DNA of 64,000 nucleotides, taken from Bacteroidales bacterium (GTDB lineage: Bacteria > Bacteroidota > Bacteroidia > Bacteroidales > UBA7960). Shown piece after piece: positions 55,511 through 64,000 of this stretch (positions are counted from its first letter, which is position 1; each line of letters starts with the position of its first letter). The position numbers were made by a program, and so were the translations under genes. The notes beneath the pieces were generated by a model. The model had not been told where the DNA came from and did no database searches. It worked only from the letters and a program-made list of their open reading frames with translations. The stretch covers positions 2,327-66,326 of the forward strand of contig PWKN01000001.1 in NCBI GenBank assembly GCA_003559735.1, given 5' to 3'.

Positions 55511-58500
55511 ATGAAACAAAGAGCGATTAATTGTGTACCAAAGAATGGTGTGCCTGTCTTTATGGCATACAGGATAATGCCATTTATACTGGCCTTCATT
55601 GCTTTTCTGCCAATGGCCGTTTCCCGTGATGTGGTCATTAACGAAGTTATGGCGTCCAATGCAACGACCATTGCCGATGAGGATGGTGATCATGAAGACT
55701 GGATTGAACTGTTCAACAGGGGACAGGATGCGGTGTCCCTTGCCGGTTATGGATTATCTGATGATTACGGGAATCCTTTCCGGTGGGTCTTCCCTGATGT
55801 GGTCATTGAGCCGGGCGCGTTTCTTCTCGTCTGGGCATCCGGAAAAGACAGGAGGTCGCCGGATAATCCCCTGCACACCAACTTCAGCATCAAAAGCGAT
55901 GGGGAGGAGGTACTGATCACCCATCCCGATGGTGAGCGCCTGGATGAGCTGGCTCCCATTCCGATCCCTTCCGATATTTCTTACGGCCGCAAACCTGACG
56001 GGGATGATCAGTGGTTCTTCTTTGCAGAACCTACACCGGGTGCAGCAAACACCACTCAGGGGACCACAGGTATCCTCGGGCCTCCGTTGTTTTCAGTGCA
56101 GGGAGGATTCCATCCTGGTCCGTTTGAACTCGAAATAGAACACCCTGATACCAGCGTAACGATCGTATACACTACAGATGGATCCGAACCTTGCATCAGT
56201 AACCTGGGGGGCACATCCTACCAGTACAAGAATGATTATCCGTTTTTCCCGGATGAACCCTTTGGTGATTTCCTGGAACACACATTCATATCATCAATTG
56301 TTGATGGTCCGTTGCTGATCGCTGACCGGACAGAAGAGCCGGACCGAATTGCAAGGATCTCTGCCACCGTGCAGTATCCTGACTACCTGCCTGATGATCC
56401 GGTATTTAAAGGCCGGGTGGTCCGTGCACGTGCCTGGAAAGATGGCATGCTGCCCAGTGACATCATAACCCACAGCTACTTTGTGTCATCTGTGGACGAG
56501 GAACGATTCAGTTTGCCGGTCGTTTCACTTACCACCCAGGAGAACCATTTGTTTGATTATAACGATGGAATTTATACACCGGGGGTGGATGCCGACCGGT
56601 GGCGCGAAAACAATCCGCATCAGACATTTCCCTGGCCCTATTATGGCAATTTTCGTCGCCGTGGCGATGAATGGGAATACCCGGCACACCTGGAGCTGTT
56701 TGAACATCCCGGAAAAGAGCGGGTGGTGGCACAGAATGTCGGGATCAGGATACATGGTGGTGCTACCAGGTCTTATCCGAACAAATCATTGCGTCTATAT
56801 GCGCGCAATCAATACGGTGATCCATATCTTGTGCACAACTTTTTTGGTGGTCAGACCGAAGGGTACAAGCGCCTGATACTGCGTAATTCGGGCAATGACT
56901 TTCCCACATCACTATGGCGTCCGGATTTCCCATCGCGCACCATGTTCCGCGATGCAGCCATCCAGGCCATTATGCGGACTTTGAGGATAGACACACAGGA
57001 ATACCGCCCGGCGGTCCTGTTTATCAACGGCGAATACTGGGGAATAATGAACATACGGGAGCGGTATGACAAACATTATCTCCACCGCAAATATGGAGTT
57101 GATGAAGAAAACATCGACCTGCTGACCGGCAGGGATGAGGTGAAAGAGGGAGACAACATCCATTACAATGAATTGATCGGTTATATGGAGACATATGGGG
57201 TGACAGATCAGGAACATTATGATTGGGCGCTGACACGGATGGATGAGAAAAACTTTATCGATTACCAGATCGCAAATATCTTTGCAGACAATACGGACTG
57301 GCCTGGTAACAATATTGACTACTGGCGGTTGCGTACGGGTCAGTTTCAGCCGGATGCCCCTTATGGTCATGACGGACGGTGGCGATGGATGCTGTTTGAT
57401 ATGGATTTTGGGTTTGGCCTGGTGGGAACGGCAGAAGCATACAGGCACAACACACTGGATTTTGCCACCACTACTCAGGGATCCAGCTGGCCCAATCCCC
57501 CCTGGTCTACCTTCCTGCTGCGGACGTTACTGGAAAACAAGTCGTTCCGCAACCAGTTCGTCACCCGGTTCGCTGACCTGCTCAATACCGCTTTTCTTCC
57601 TGAACGAACTACCGGGATAATTGCCCGGATGCAGGATGATATTGATGGTGAGATTGAAGAGCATTTTGCCCGGTGGGGTTATCCTGATGCCTATGCAGAC
57701 TGGCTTGGCCATGTTGATGTGATGACCGTATTTGCAGAAGAACGTCCATTTTATCAACGCCGGCACATCATGGAGCATTTTGGTTATGACGGGATGGTTG
57801 AGGTTGAACTTGATGTCAATGAAGAACATATGGGATATATCCGGATCAATACAATAGATATTGAACCCTCCACGGCAGGTGTTGATGAACATCCATATCC
57901 ATGGCAGGGATTGTATTTTAAAGGGGTGCCGGTTGAAATTGAGGCAATACCGGAACCAGGCCATAAGTTTTCGCATTGGGAGGGGGCATCCGGTTCTTCA
58001 TCCCCTGTTATCACCCTCGATACCGGCCATGACATCAACCTTACGGCACATTTCATTTTGGCGGATGAGCCCATCCTGATCCATTACTGGCTGTTTGATA
58101 CCGGTATGCCGAACAACACGCCCCTGGAAATACAGGACGCATTTTACAGTCTTACCAGCGGTGCAATGATTGAATACCTCAGCTCGCTGGTAGGATACCC
58201 TTATGACGAGCATCACCAGAACTGGAGAAAAGCATCGATGGAACGCCGCAATGCACCCACACCCATCAACTACCGTCCGGAAGGCAACAACCAACTGCTG
58301 TATCATGAGGTGGATATGCGGGGGTTGCAGGTCAGACAGCCATTCCGTGACCAGAACAGGGAAAATACCATGATCTTGCACCTGCCTTCGACCGGGTTCT
58401 CTGATCTTGTATTGCGCTTTGCAGCCAAGGATGAAGGGGCAGCCGGCAACCTGATCATCGATTACCAGGTAGATGCAAATACAGGCGACTGGATAACAAC

Positions 58501-59197
58501 ACATCTTTCACAAACCAGGCTGCCATTGAAAAGCACCTACCAACTTTATGAGGTCGACTTCCGTCATATTCAACAGGTCATCACCAATCCCGATTTCAGG
58601 GTCCGCATCCGGTTTGATGGTGACAATATGCAGGCAGACGAAGGAGATCGCGTCACATTCAATAACATCAGTCTGGATGGAGTCCCTTCTTCAATGCACA
58701 CAATCAAGGCTTCGGCTGGTGCAAACGGAACCATATATCCGTCGGGGATCATCAAGGCAATGGAAGGAGAGGAGCTGGAATTCCTTATTTGTCCGGCTGA
58801 AAATCACCATATTGAGCAATTTACGGTTGACGGAGCCGACATGACCGGCAGACTGGAACCCACAGGTGACGGTGCTGCGGTTTTTGTTCTCAGCGATGTA
58901 AGAGGCAGTCACCGCATCCACGTTGCTTTTGCAATGGATGCGGAGCATGTGGACGATTATGAAGGCTCCATACTGGTCTACCCGAATCCTGCCAGTGAGC
59001 GGATCAGCATTGCTGCCGGTGAAGATATCAAAAGCATACAGATCACCACTTTGTCCGGACAGCTCATCTACGCCAATGATGCCGTCAATGCGCGCAACCA
59101 CCACTTAAAAGTCAGGGACATGAGGAATGGAATGTATATACTGATCGTTGGCACAGCTACGGAGACAGTATCGGAAAAAATACAGATAATGCACTGA
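55511..59197 (+). CDS. Lamin-tail-domain + CotH kinase-family protein with T9SS C-terminal sorting domain (paralog 1)
   Basis: LTD: VVINEVMASNATTIADEDGDHEDWIELFN...GYGLSDD. CotH core: LRNSGNDF, INGEYWGIMNIRERYDKHYL, FADNTDWPGNNIDYWR. C-terminus VYPNPASERISI...GMYILIV (T9SS). The start could be ATG 55562 (MAYRIMPFILAFIAFL). The track start at 55463 is a TTG inside the duplication. Confidence 0.85.
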   Translation: MKQRAINCVPKNGVPVFMAYRIMPFILAFIAFLPMAVSRDVVINEVMASNATTIADEDGDHEDWIELFNRGQDAVSLAGYGLSDDYGNPFRWVFPDVVIEPGAFLLVWASGKDRRSPDNPLHTNFSIKSDGEEVLITHPDGERLDELAPIPIPSDISYGRKPDGDDQWFFFAEPTPGAANTTQGTTGILGPPLFSVQGGFHPGPFELEIEHPDTSVTIVYTTDGSEPCISNLGGTSYQYKNDYPFFPDEPFGDFLEHTFISSIVDGPLLIADRTEEPDRIARISATVQYPDYLPDDPVFKGRVVRARAWKDGMLPSDIITHSYFVSSVDEERFSLPVVSLTTQENHLFDYNDGIYTPGVDADRWRENNPHQTFPWPYYGNFRRRGDEWEYPAHLELFEHPGKERVVAQNVGIRIHGGATRSYPNKSLRLYARNQYGDPYLVHNFFGGQTEGYKRLILRNSGNDFPTSLWRPDFPSRTMFRDAAIQAIMRTLRIDTQEYRPAVLFINGEYWGIMNIRERYDKHYLHRKYGVDEENIDLLTGRDEVKEGDNIHYNELIGYMETYGVTDQEHYDWALTRMDEKNFIDYQIANIFADNTDWPGNNIDYWRLRTGQFQPDAPYGHDGRWRWMLFDMDFGFGLVGTAEAYRHNTLDFATTTQGSSWPNPPWSTFLLRTLLENKSFRNQFVTRFADLLNTAFLPERTTGIIARMQDDIDGEIEEHFARWGYPDAYADWLGHVDVMTVFAEERPFYQRRHIMEHFGYDGMVEVELDVNEEHMGYIRINTIDIEPSTAGVDEHPYPWQGLYFKGVPVEIEAIPEPGHKFSHWEGASGSSSPVITLDTGHDINLTAHFILADEPILIHYWLFDTGMPNNTPLEIQDAFYSLTSGAMIEYLSSLVGYPYDEHHQNWRKASMERRNAPTPINYRPEGNNQLLYHEVDMRGLQVRQPFRDQNRENTMILHLPSTGFSDLVLRFAAKDEGAAGNLIIDYQVDANTGDWITTHLSQTRLPLKSTYQLYEVDFRHIQQVITNPDFRVRIRFDGDNMQADEGDRVTFNNISLDGVPSSMHTIKASAGANGTIYPSGIIKAMEGEELEFLICPAENHHIEQFTVDGADMTGRLEPTGDGAAVFVLSDVRGSHRIHVAFAMDAEHVDDYEGSILVYPNPASERISIAAGEDIKSIQITTLSGQLIYANDAVNARNHHLKVRDMRNGMYILIVGTATETVSEKIQIMH

Positions 59198-59200
59198 CCC

Positions 59201-59794
59201 ATGAATTTTTTATTACAACTGAAGAAGTTAGATATAATCCTGGCCTCCCAGTCACCCCGTCGCAGGGCTTTGATGGAGGCGGCGGGAATACCCTTTCGCT
59301 CCATGGTCAGGCCTACACCTGAGAATTTTTGCAATGACATGCCGCCAGGGGAGGTGGTGCTCGATCTTTGCCGGAAAAAGTCCGACGTCTTCAGGGATAT
59401 GCTGAAAAAGTCAGAGGTGGTGATCATTACAGCCGATACGATTGTGGTGCATCGTGGGGAGATCATCAATAAGCCGGCAGATGCTGATCATGCCTTCCGG
59501 ATGCTGTCTGGTCTGTCAGGCAGCACCCACGAGGTGTATACAGGGGTTTGCATTCGCCACCGGCAAAAAGAAAAGGTGTTTACTGACCATTCGCTGGTCA
59601 CCTTCCGTTCGCTTTCTGAAGAAGAGATACGGTATTATGTTGATAATTATGCTCCTTACGACAAAGCGGGTGCCTATGGAATACAGGAGTGGATCGGGTA
59701 TGTCGGCATTACCGGGATCCAGGGTTCCTACCACAATGTCATGGGACTGCCTGTTCACCTCGTTTACAATTCATTAAAGGAATTGTTTTGCTGA
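59201..59794 (+). CDS. maf: Maf-family nucleoside triphosphate pyrophosphatase
   Basis: ILASQSPRRRALM, ITADTIV, DKAGAYGIQE motifs. 197 aa. Confidence 0.92.
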   Translation: MNFLLQLKKLDIILASQSPRRRALMEAAGIPFRSMVRPTPENFCNDMPPGEVVLDLCRKKSDVFRDMLKKSEVVIITADTIVVHRGEIINKPADADHAFRMLSGLSGSTHEVYTGVCIRHRQKEKVFTDHSLVTFRSLSEEEIRYYVDNYAPYDKAGAYGIQEWIGYVGITGIQGSYHNVMGLPVHLVYNSLKELFC

Positions 59795-59817
59795 CTGTAC
59801 AAAAATTAAAAAGGTAC

Positions 59818-62800
59818 ATGAAATTTTCGCTGGATACCATAACAAATCGTTATTGCTGGCAAATAGTCCTGTTAACCTGTCTGTTGTTTTGCTTCCCTTA
59901 CGGTGGAAATGCACAAAGTGTGATCATCAATGAGGTAATGGCATCCAACGCCACGACGATTGCTGATGAAGATGGGGCGTATGCCGACTGGATAGAATTA
60001 CACAACACAGGTGAAGAGGCTGTTAACCTGGAGGGGTATGGTTTATCCGACTCTTATGATGACCCCTTCAGGTGGAAATTTCCCGGGGTTACCATCGAGG
60101 CTGGAGGCTATTTGCTGGTATGGGCTTCGGGGAAAAACCGGCGCGATCCAAACAGTCCCTTGCATACCATTTTTTCGATCAGCTCGGCGGGTGAAGAGGT
60201 GTTGCTGAGTGAGCCCGGGGGGACGATCGTTGATGAACTTCCGCCAACAATGATCCTGACTGATGTATCAGTTGGACGTACACCCGGTGACTTGTCGGAC
60301 TGGTACTTTTTTGATGAGTCAACCCCCGGGGGTGAAAACGCAACATTTGCCTGGTCTGGCATCCAGGAACCACCCTCATTTTCCCATCAGGCTGGGTTTT
60401 ATGATGCCCCGTTCGTATTGTCTTTATCTGCCGATGAAAATGTACGCATCTATTATACCCTCGATGGTTCCGTTCCCGATCCGTCCAACACAGGAGGCAG
60501 TGCATATGTTTATAAAAACCAGTATCCGATGCAGCCCGGTGATCCGGAGGGACCATTTCTTGAAAGAGCATTCATCACCCACCTGTACGACAGTCCGGTG
60601 CCTGTACAAAATCTGAGCGGGACAGATGGCATTCACCGCATCAACACTTCCTTCACAAGGGAACCACTGGCACCGAGGCTGGAGGTCATGAAAGGGGTGG
60701 TCGTCAGGGCCCGCGCATACCGCGAAGGATACCTTCCCGGTCCGGTTACAACCCATACATACCTTGTGGGAGAAAGCATCAGTGACCGGTTTGACCTGCC
60801 GGTTGTATCAATTACCATTCCCGACAGTTCGTTGTTTGATTACTCAAGGGGCATCTATGTTGCCGGAAAAGCGTTTGACAACTGGCGTCTGGATAATCCG
60901 GATGAGCCAATATGGCCTGCGGCACCTGCCAATTGGGGTTACAGGGGAGACGGATGGGAGCGGTGCATGCATATGGAAATGTTCGATCAGTCGGGAAAGC
61001 TGTTGATGGGGCAGAACCTGGGAGTGCGTATTCATGGAGGCTGGAGCCGGTCAAATCCGAAAAAGTCGCTCCGGCTCTACGCACGCAACATATATGATGT
61101 GGAGAATGAGATCAGCCATGTTTTTTTTCCGGGACAGAACAGGATGCTGGGTGACAGGGAAACAGAGACGTTCAAACGCCTGATGCTTCGTGCCGGAGGA
61201 AACGGAAACCGGATACTGAGGGACGTTGTGGCACATGACCTGATGCAGCACCTGCAGATTGGTGTGCAGCGGGCAGAGCCGGCTGTACACTTTATCAATG
61301 GAGTGTACTGGGGACTGGTAAACATTCGTGACCGGCAGGATCGCTATCATATTGCATATGAGTATGACATATGTCCTGATAACGTAATCATCCTGAATGC
61401 CCCCCACGATGTGGCCGGCATGCGTGAACTGGAAGAAGGGGACCGGACTGACCTGGCATATTTTAATGACCTCTACCGGTTTGTTACCAGGAACAACATG
61501 GCTGACGATGTGTTGTTTGATGAGGCCGCACAGCAGATGGATATGGACAGTTATATCGATTATTACCTTGCCTTTATTTATCTTGCCAACAGCGATTGGG
61601 GCGGACGTGACAATGTGGGGGCCAAACACTTTCGCTTCTGGCGTGTGAGGGATACATCATATAAGCCTTATCAGGACGGTAAGTGGCGGATGATGGTGTG
61701 GGACTTCGACAATGGCTTTTCTGATTACAACTATGATTTGCTTACGGACGTGTTTGATCCGGAAAATGAACCTTCAGCAATGATTATCAGTCTGATAGAA
61801 AATCAATGGTTCAGAAACCGCTTCATTAACCGGTTGGCCGATCTGATGAACAGCCATTTTTTACCTGGCCATGCATTGTCTGTGATTGACAGACGGCTGC
61901 AAAACGTCATTAATGAGGCGGCACATGACCTTGATCGCTGGCGCAGAAATGCCCTCGGTGACGTGCCACACATACAGCAATTTGTAACGGAACGTCCCGT
62001 TAGGCAGCGGCAGGAAGTTCAGGAAGTGTTTCAGTTGCCGGGCAAAAGTGAAGTGAATTTGCGGACCAACAGGTCAGGCGGACATATACGGATCAATACC
62101 ATCGGGATAACGTCAGACCTGCCAGGTGTGGAAGATCCTGGCAACTGGACAGGTACTTACTTTCATGATGTTCCGGTAGAAATAGAGGCCGTTCCCGGAC
62201 CCGGAATGGTTTTCAGCCATTGGGAGGGCCTGCCTGAAGGAACACCGGCCCGTACCACCATCACCCTGGATAAGGATACTGCATTAACAGCACATTTCTG
62301 GGATGGGATCATTCATTACTGGCACTTTAATTACCTTCCGGATGACGATCTGGTGGAAACGGTGAACGCCGACTACAGTTTGTTTCCCGATGATGCCCGG
62401 ATCGTTTATCCGGGAACGGGTGAGGGTTATATGGACAGGGTTTCACCGGGTACAGAACTCAATGCGCATATGGGGGTGGATAAGGGGTATGGACTGCGTG
62501 TCAGAAATCCGTCCGACACCCGTTCCCTGGTGTTTCATGTGCCTGCCAGCGGTCATTACCGGTTGGGCTTTTCCTATGCCGTGCACCGGACGAACAACGG
62601 GGCGCGACGTCATCATGTGGAGTTTTCGGCCGATCATGGTGTGAGCTGGGAGCGGGTGGCCTCGGACCTGAAGGTAATGACCGGGTATGCAATACACACC
62701 GTGGATCTCAGTCCGCATGCGGAAACAGACAACAATCCGGACCTGCAGCTGCGTATACTGTTTACCGGTGATGAGGCTGGCAATTCGTCAGGCAATAACC

Positions 62801-63840
62801 GGTTCGATAACATTGTGGTGAGAGAAGATCCGCTCAGTCTGAACAAAGCGAATCCGCCCGGAGGGACAGTCAATGAACCATACGCCTATGAACTGTCGGC
62901 CATGAATGGAAAGCTGCCGTACGTTTTTGAGATCGTTGACGGAACATTGCCCCCTGGCCTGCATATGTCGGCCGATGGCGCAATCACGGGAACACCCCTG
63001 CATGAGGGCACATATTTCTTTGAGGTGGAGGCAACAGATGACAAACGGGCTTATGCGCGGCAGGAATATACGCTGTCGGTATATGGCGGGTCATTGATCC
63101 ATTACTGGCATTTTAATGACCTTCCCTGTGTACTTCCCGATACTGTATATTCTGATTACAGTGCCACGGCAGAGCCTGGGTATATCACCTATTACGGAAG
63201 TGGTGAAGGGTATATGGATGTTGCCCCGGGGGATGCCCTGAACAGCTGGTCGGATGTTCCCGGAGGCAGCGGATTGCGTGTCAGGAACCCTTCCAATGTA
63301 AGGGAACTGAGAATGGCCACACCTTCTGACGGGTTTGACTACCTGGAACTTTCCTATGCGGTGCACCGGACCAATAACGGGGCCCGGTGGCAGTTGCTTC
63401 AGTATTCACCCGATAACGGGAAAACATGGATCAGCATCGATTCTCCGTTCAGGATAACCTCCGACTACCAGGTAACAAGGTTCGATGTGCGGAGATTTGG
63501 CGATACGGCAGACAATGCACAGCTGATGTTCCGGATCCTTTTCATGGGACCGGAATCGGCAAACACCTCCGGAAATAACAGATTCGATAATGTGGCGCTG
63601 CGCGGGATAGTGTTGCCCGGTTTTGTTGAAACAAACGAACTGTTTGTTCACCCCAATCCCGTTACAGAGGGGGTTGTTTATTTGATTGAAAAAATGGATA
63701 TCCGGGTTTTTGACACCTTTGGCCGCCTGGTATATGAGCAACCGGACACGAAAAAGGTTACGCTGCCCGATGATATGGCTTCGGGCGTTTACTTAATTGT
63801 TGCACACGATGGAAGGCATGCAAAAATATTTGTGCCCTGA
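59818..63840 (+). CDS. Lamin-tail-domain + CotH kinase-family protein with duplicated unnamed module, Ig-like domain and T9SS sorting domain (paralog 2)
   Basis: Signal peptide from ATG 59818 (MKFSLDTITNRYCWQIVLLTCLLFCF). LTD VIINEVMASNATTIADEDGAYADWIELHN. CotH core MLRAGGNG, INGVYWGLVNIRDRQDRYHI, LANSDWGG. C-terminus VHPNPVTEGVVYL...GVYLIVA. Confidence 0.85.
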   Translation: MKFSLDTITNRYCWQIVLLTCLLFCFPYGGNAQSVIINEVMASNATTIADEDGAYADWIELHNTGEEAVNLEGYGLSDSYDDPFRWKFPGVTIEAGGYLLVWASGKNRRDPNSPLHTIFSISSAGEEVLLSEPGGTIVDELPPTMILTDVSVGRTPGDLSDWYFFDESTPGGENATFAWSGIQEPPSFSHQAGFYDAPFVLSLSADENVRIYYTLDGSVPDPSNTGGSAYVYKNQYPMQPGDPEGPFLERAFITHLYDSPVPVQNLSGTDGIHRINTSFTREPLAPRLEVMKGVVVRARAYREGYLPGPVTTHTYLVGESISDRFDLPVVSITIPDSSLFDYSRGIYVAGKAFDNWRLDNPDEPIWPAAPANWGYRGDGWERCMHMEMFDQSGKLLMGQNLGVRIHGGWSRSNPKKSLRLYARNIYDVENEISHVFFPGQNRMLGDRETETFKRLMLRAGGNGNRILRDVVAHDLMQHLQIGVQRAEPAVHFINGVYWGLVNIRDRQDRYHIAYEYDICPDNVIILNAPHDVAGMRELEEGDRTDLAYFNDLYRFVTRNNMADDVLFDEAAQQMDMDSYIDYYLAFIYLANSDWGGRDNVGAKHFRFWRVRDTSYKPYQDGKWRMMVWDFDNGFSDYNYDLLTDVFDPENEPSAMIISLIENQWFRNRFINRLADLMNSHFLPGHALSVIDRRLQNVINEAAHDLDRWRRNALGDVPHIQQFVTERPVRQRQEVQEVFQLPGKSEVNLRTNRSGGHIRINTIGITSDLPGVEDPGNWTGTYFHDVPVEIEAVPGPGMVFSHWEGLPEGTPARTTITLDKDTALTAHFWDGIIHYWHFNYLPDDDLVETVNADYSLFPDDARIVYPGTGEGYMDRVSPGTELNAHMGVDKGYGLRVRNPSDTRSLVFHVPASGHYRLGFSYAVHRTNNGARRHHVEFSADHGVSWERVASDLKVMTGYAIHTVDLSPHAETDNNPDLQLRILFTGDEAGNSSGNNRFDNIVVREDPLSLNKANPPGGTVNEPYAYELSAMNGKLPYVFEIVDGTLPPGLHMSADGAITGTPLHEGTYFFEVEATDDKRAYARQEYTLSVYGGSLIHYWHFNDLPCVLPDTVYSDYSATAEPGYITYYGSGEGYMDVAPGDALNSWSDVPGGSGLRVRNPSNVRELRMATPSDGFDYLELSYAVHRTNNGARWQLLQYSPDNGKTWISIDSPFRITSDYQVTRFDVRRFGDTADNAQLMFRILFMGPESANTSGNNRFDNVALRGIVLPGFVETNELFVHPNPVTEGVVYLIEKMDIRVFDTFGRLVYEQPDTKKVTLPDDMASGVYLIVAHDGRHAKIFVP

Positions 63841-63880
63841 TCCGGTGCTTTTTGTGGGACTGAATGAATCTGCTCACAGG

Positions 63881-64000
63881 TTAATTTTCATCAAAGAAAA
63901 GGTTCACATTTTTCACGTTCCGGAGCTTTTTCAGCTCCCCGATCAGCGTGTTGCCCCTGTCAATACTTTTTAGAAAAACATGGAAAGAATATTCAAACAG
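63881..64000 (-). CDS. Unidentified protein, C-terminal 39 codons only (gene enters from the right edge)
   Basis: Open reverse-strand frame ...LFEYSFHVFLKSIDRGNTLIGELKKLRNVKNVNLFFDEN followed by TAA (63883..63881). Not in the ORF track because it is short. Confidence 0.4.
   Translation of the reverse strand: MFEYSFHVFLKSIDRGNTLIGELKKLRNVKNVNLFFDEN

Noticed and set aside
59689-59817. N-terminal extension of CotH paralog 2 overlapping maf by 106 nt
   Set aside because: The extension has no signal-peptide character, whereas a canonical signal peptide begins at ATG 59818. The overlap with maf is an artefact of the longest-ORF rule.
1-64000. Mobile element, prophage or defence island anywhere in the window
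   Set aside because: There is no integrase, transposase, recombinase, tRNA attachment site, terminal inverted repeats or phage structural genes. By-eye composition is uniform apart from short AT-rich spacers.

Overview
This is a 64-kb chromosomal segment that looks like Bacteroidota. Three proteins carry C-terminal T9SS sorting domains, TAnnTTTG (-7 type) promoter motifs sit upstream of many genes, FeoA and FeoB are fused, and there is an LptD_2-type outer-membrane protein and a DUF3822-rsmD-coaD arrangement. Coding density is high. I call about 50 protein genes on both strands, almost all intact housekeeping functions: 2-oxoacid dehydrogenase E2, recR, ilvE, dacB, amidase, pyrE, birA, rsfS, ftsH, cdsA, psd, recQ, feoAB, holA, kdsC and maf. 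I found no rRNA, tRNA, CRISPR array, integrase, transposase or prophage, so there is no obvious mobile or defence island.

The parts worth a second look are:
1. A trehalose locus (36.2-42.4 kb) made of a beta-phosphoglucomutase::trehalose-6-P phosphatase fusion, a GH65 phosphorylase, and an OtsA fused to a phosphatase-like domain whose HAD catalytic motifs are degenerate. It converges on an MscS channel gene.
2. An orphan 203-aa protein (43.7 kb) whose sequence pattern reminds me of a gasdermin-type pore-forming domain with no C-terminal inhibitory tail and no adjacent protease. This is unverified.
3. Two very large paralogous LTD-CotH-T9SS proteins flanking maf (55.5-63.8 kb). They share an unnamed ~170-aa module, duplicated in the second paralog.
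4. Several small nucleotide-level structures:
   - a perfect 46-bp tandem duplication across the kdsC stop codon
   - a 21-bp x3 tandem repeat with two look-alike hairpins after the CcmF-like gene
   - a 33-nt direct repeat (29/33) in two intergenic regions 2.85 kb apart that includes the psd start codon
   - a perfect 31-bp A/T palindrome

All functional calls come from motifs read in the supplied translations plus remembered family knowledge. No database search was possible.
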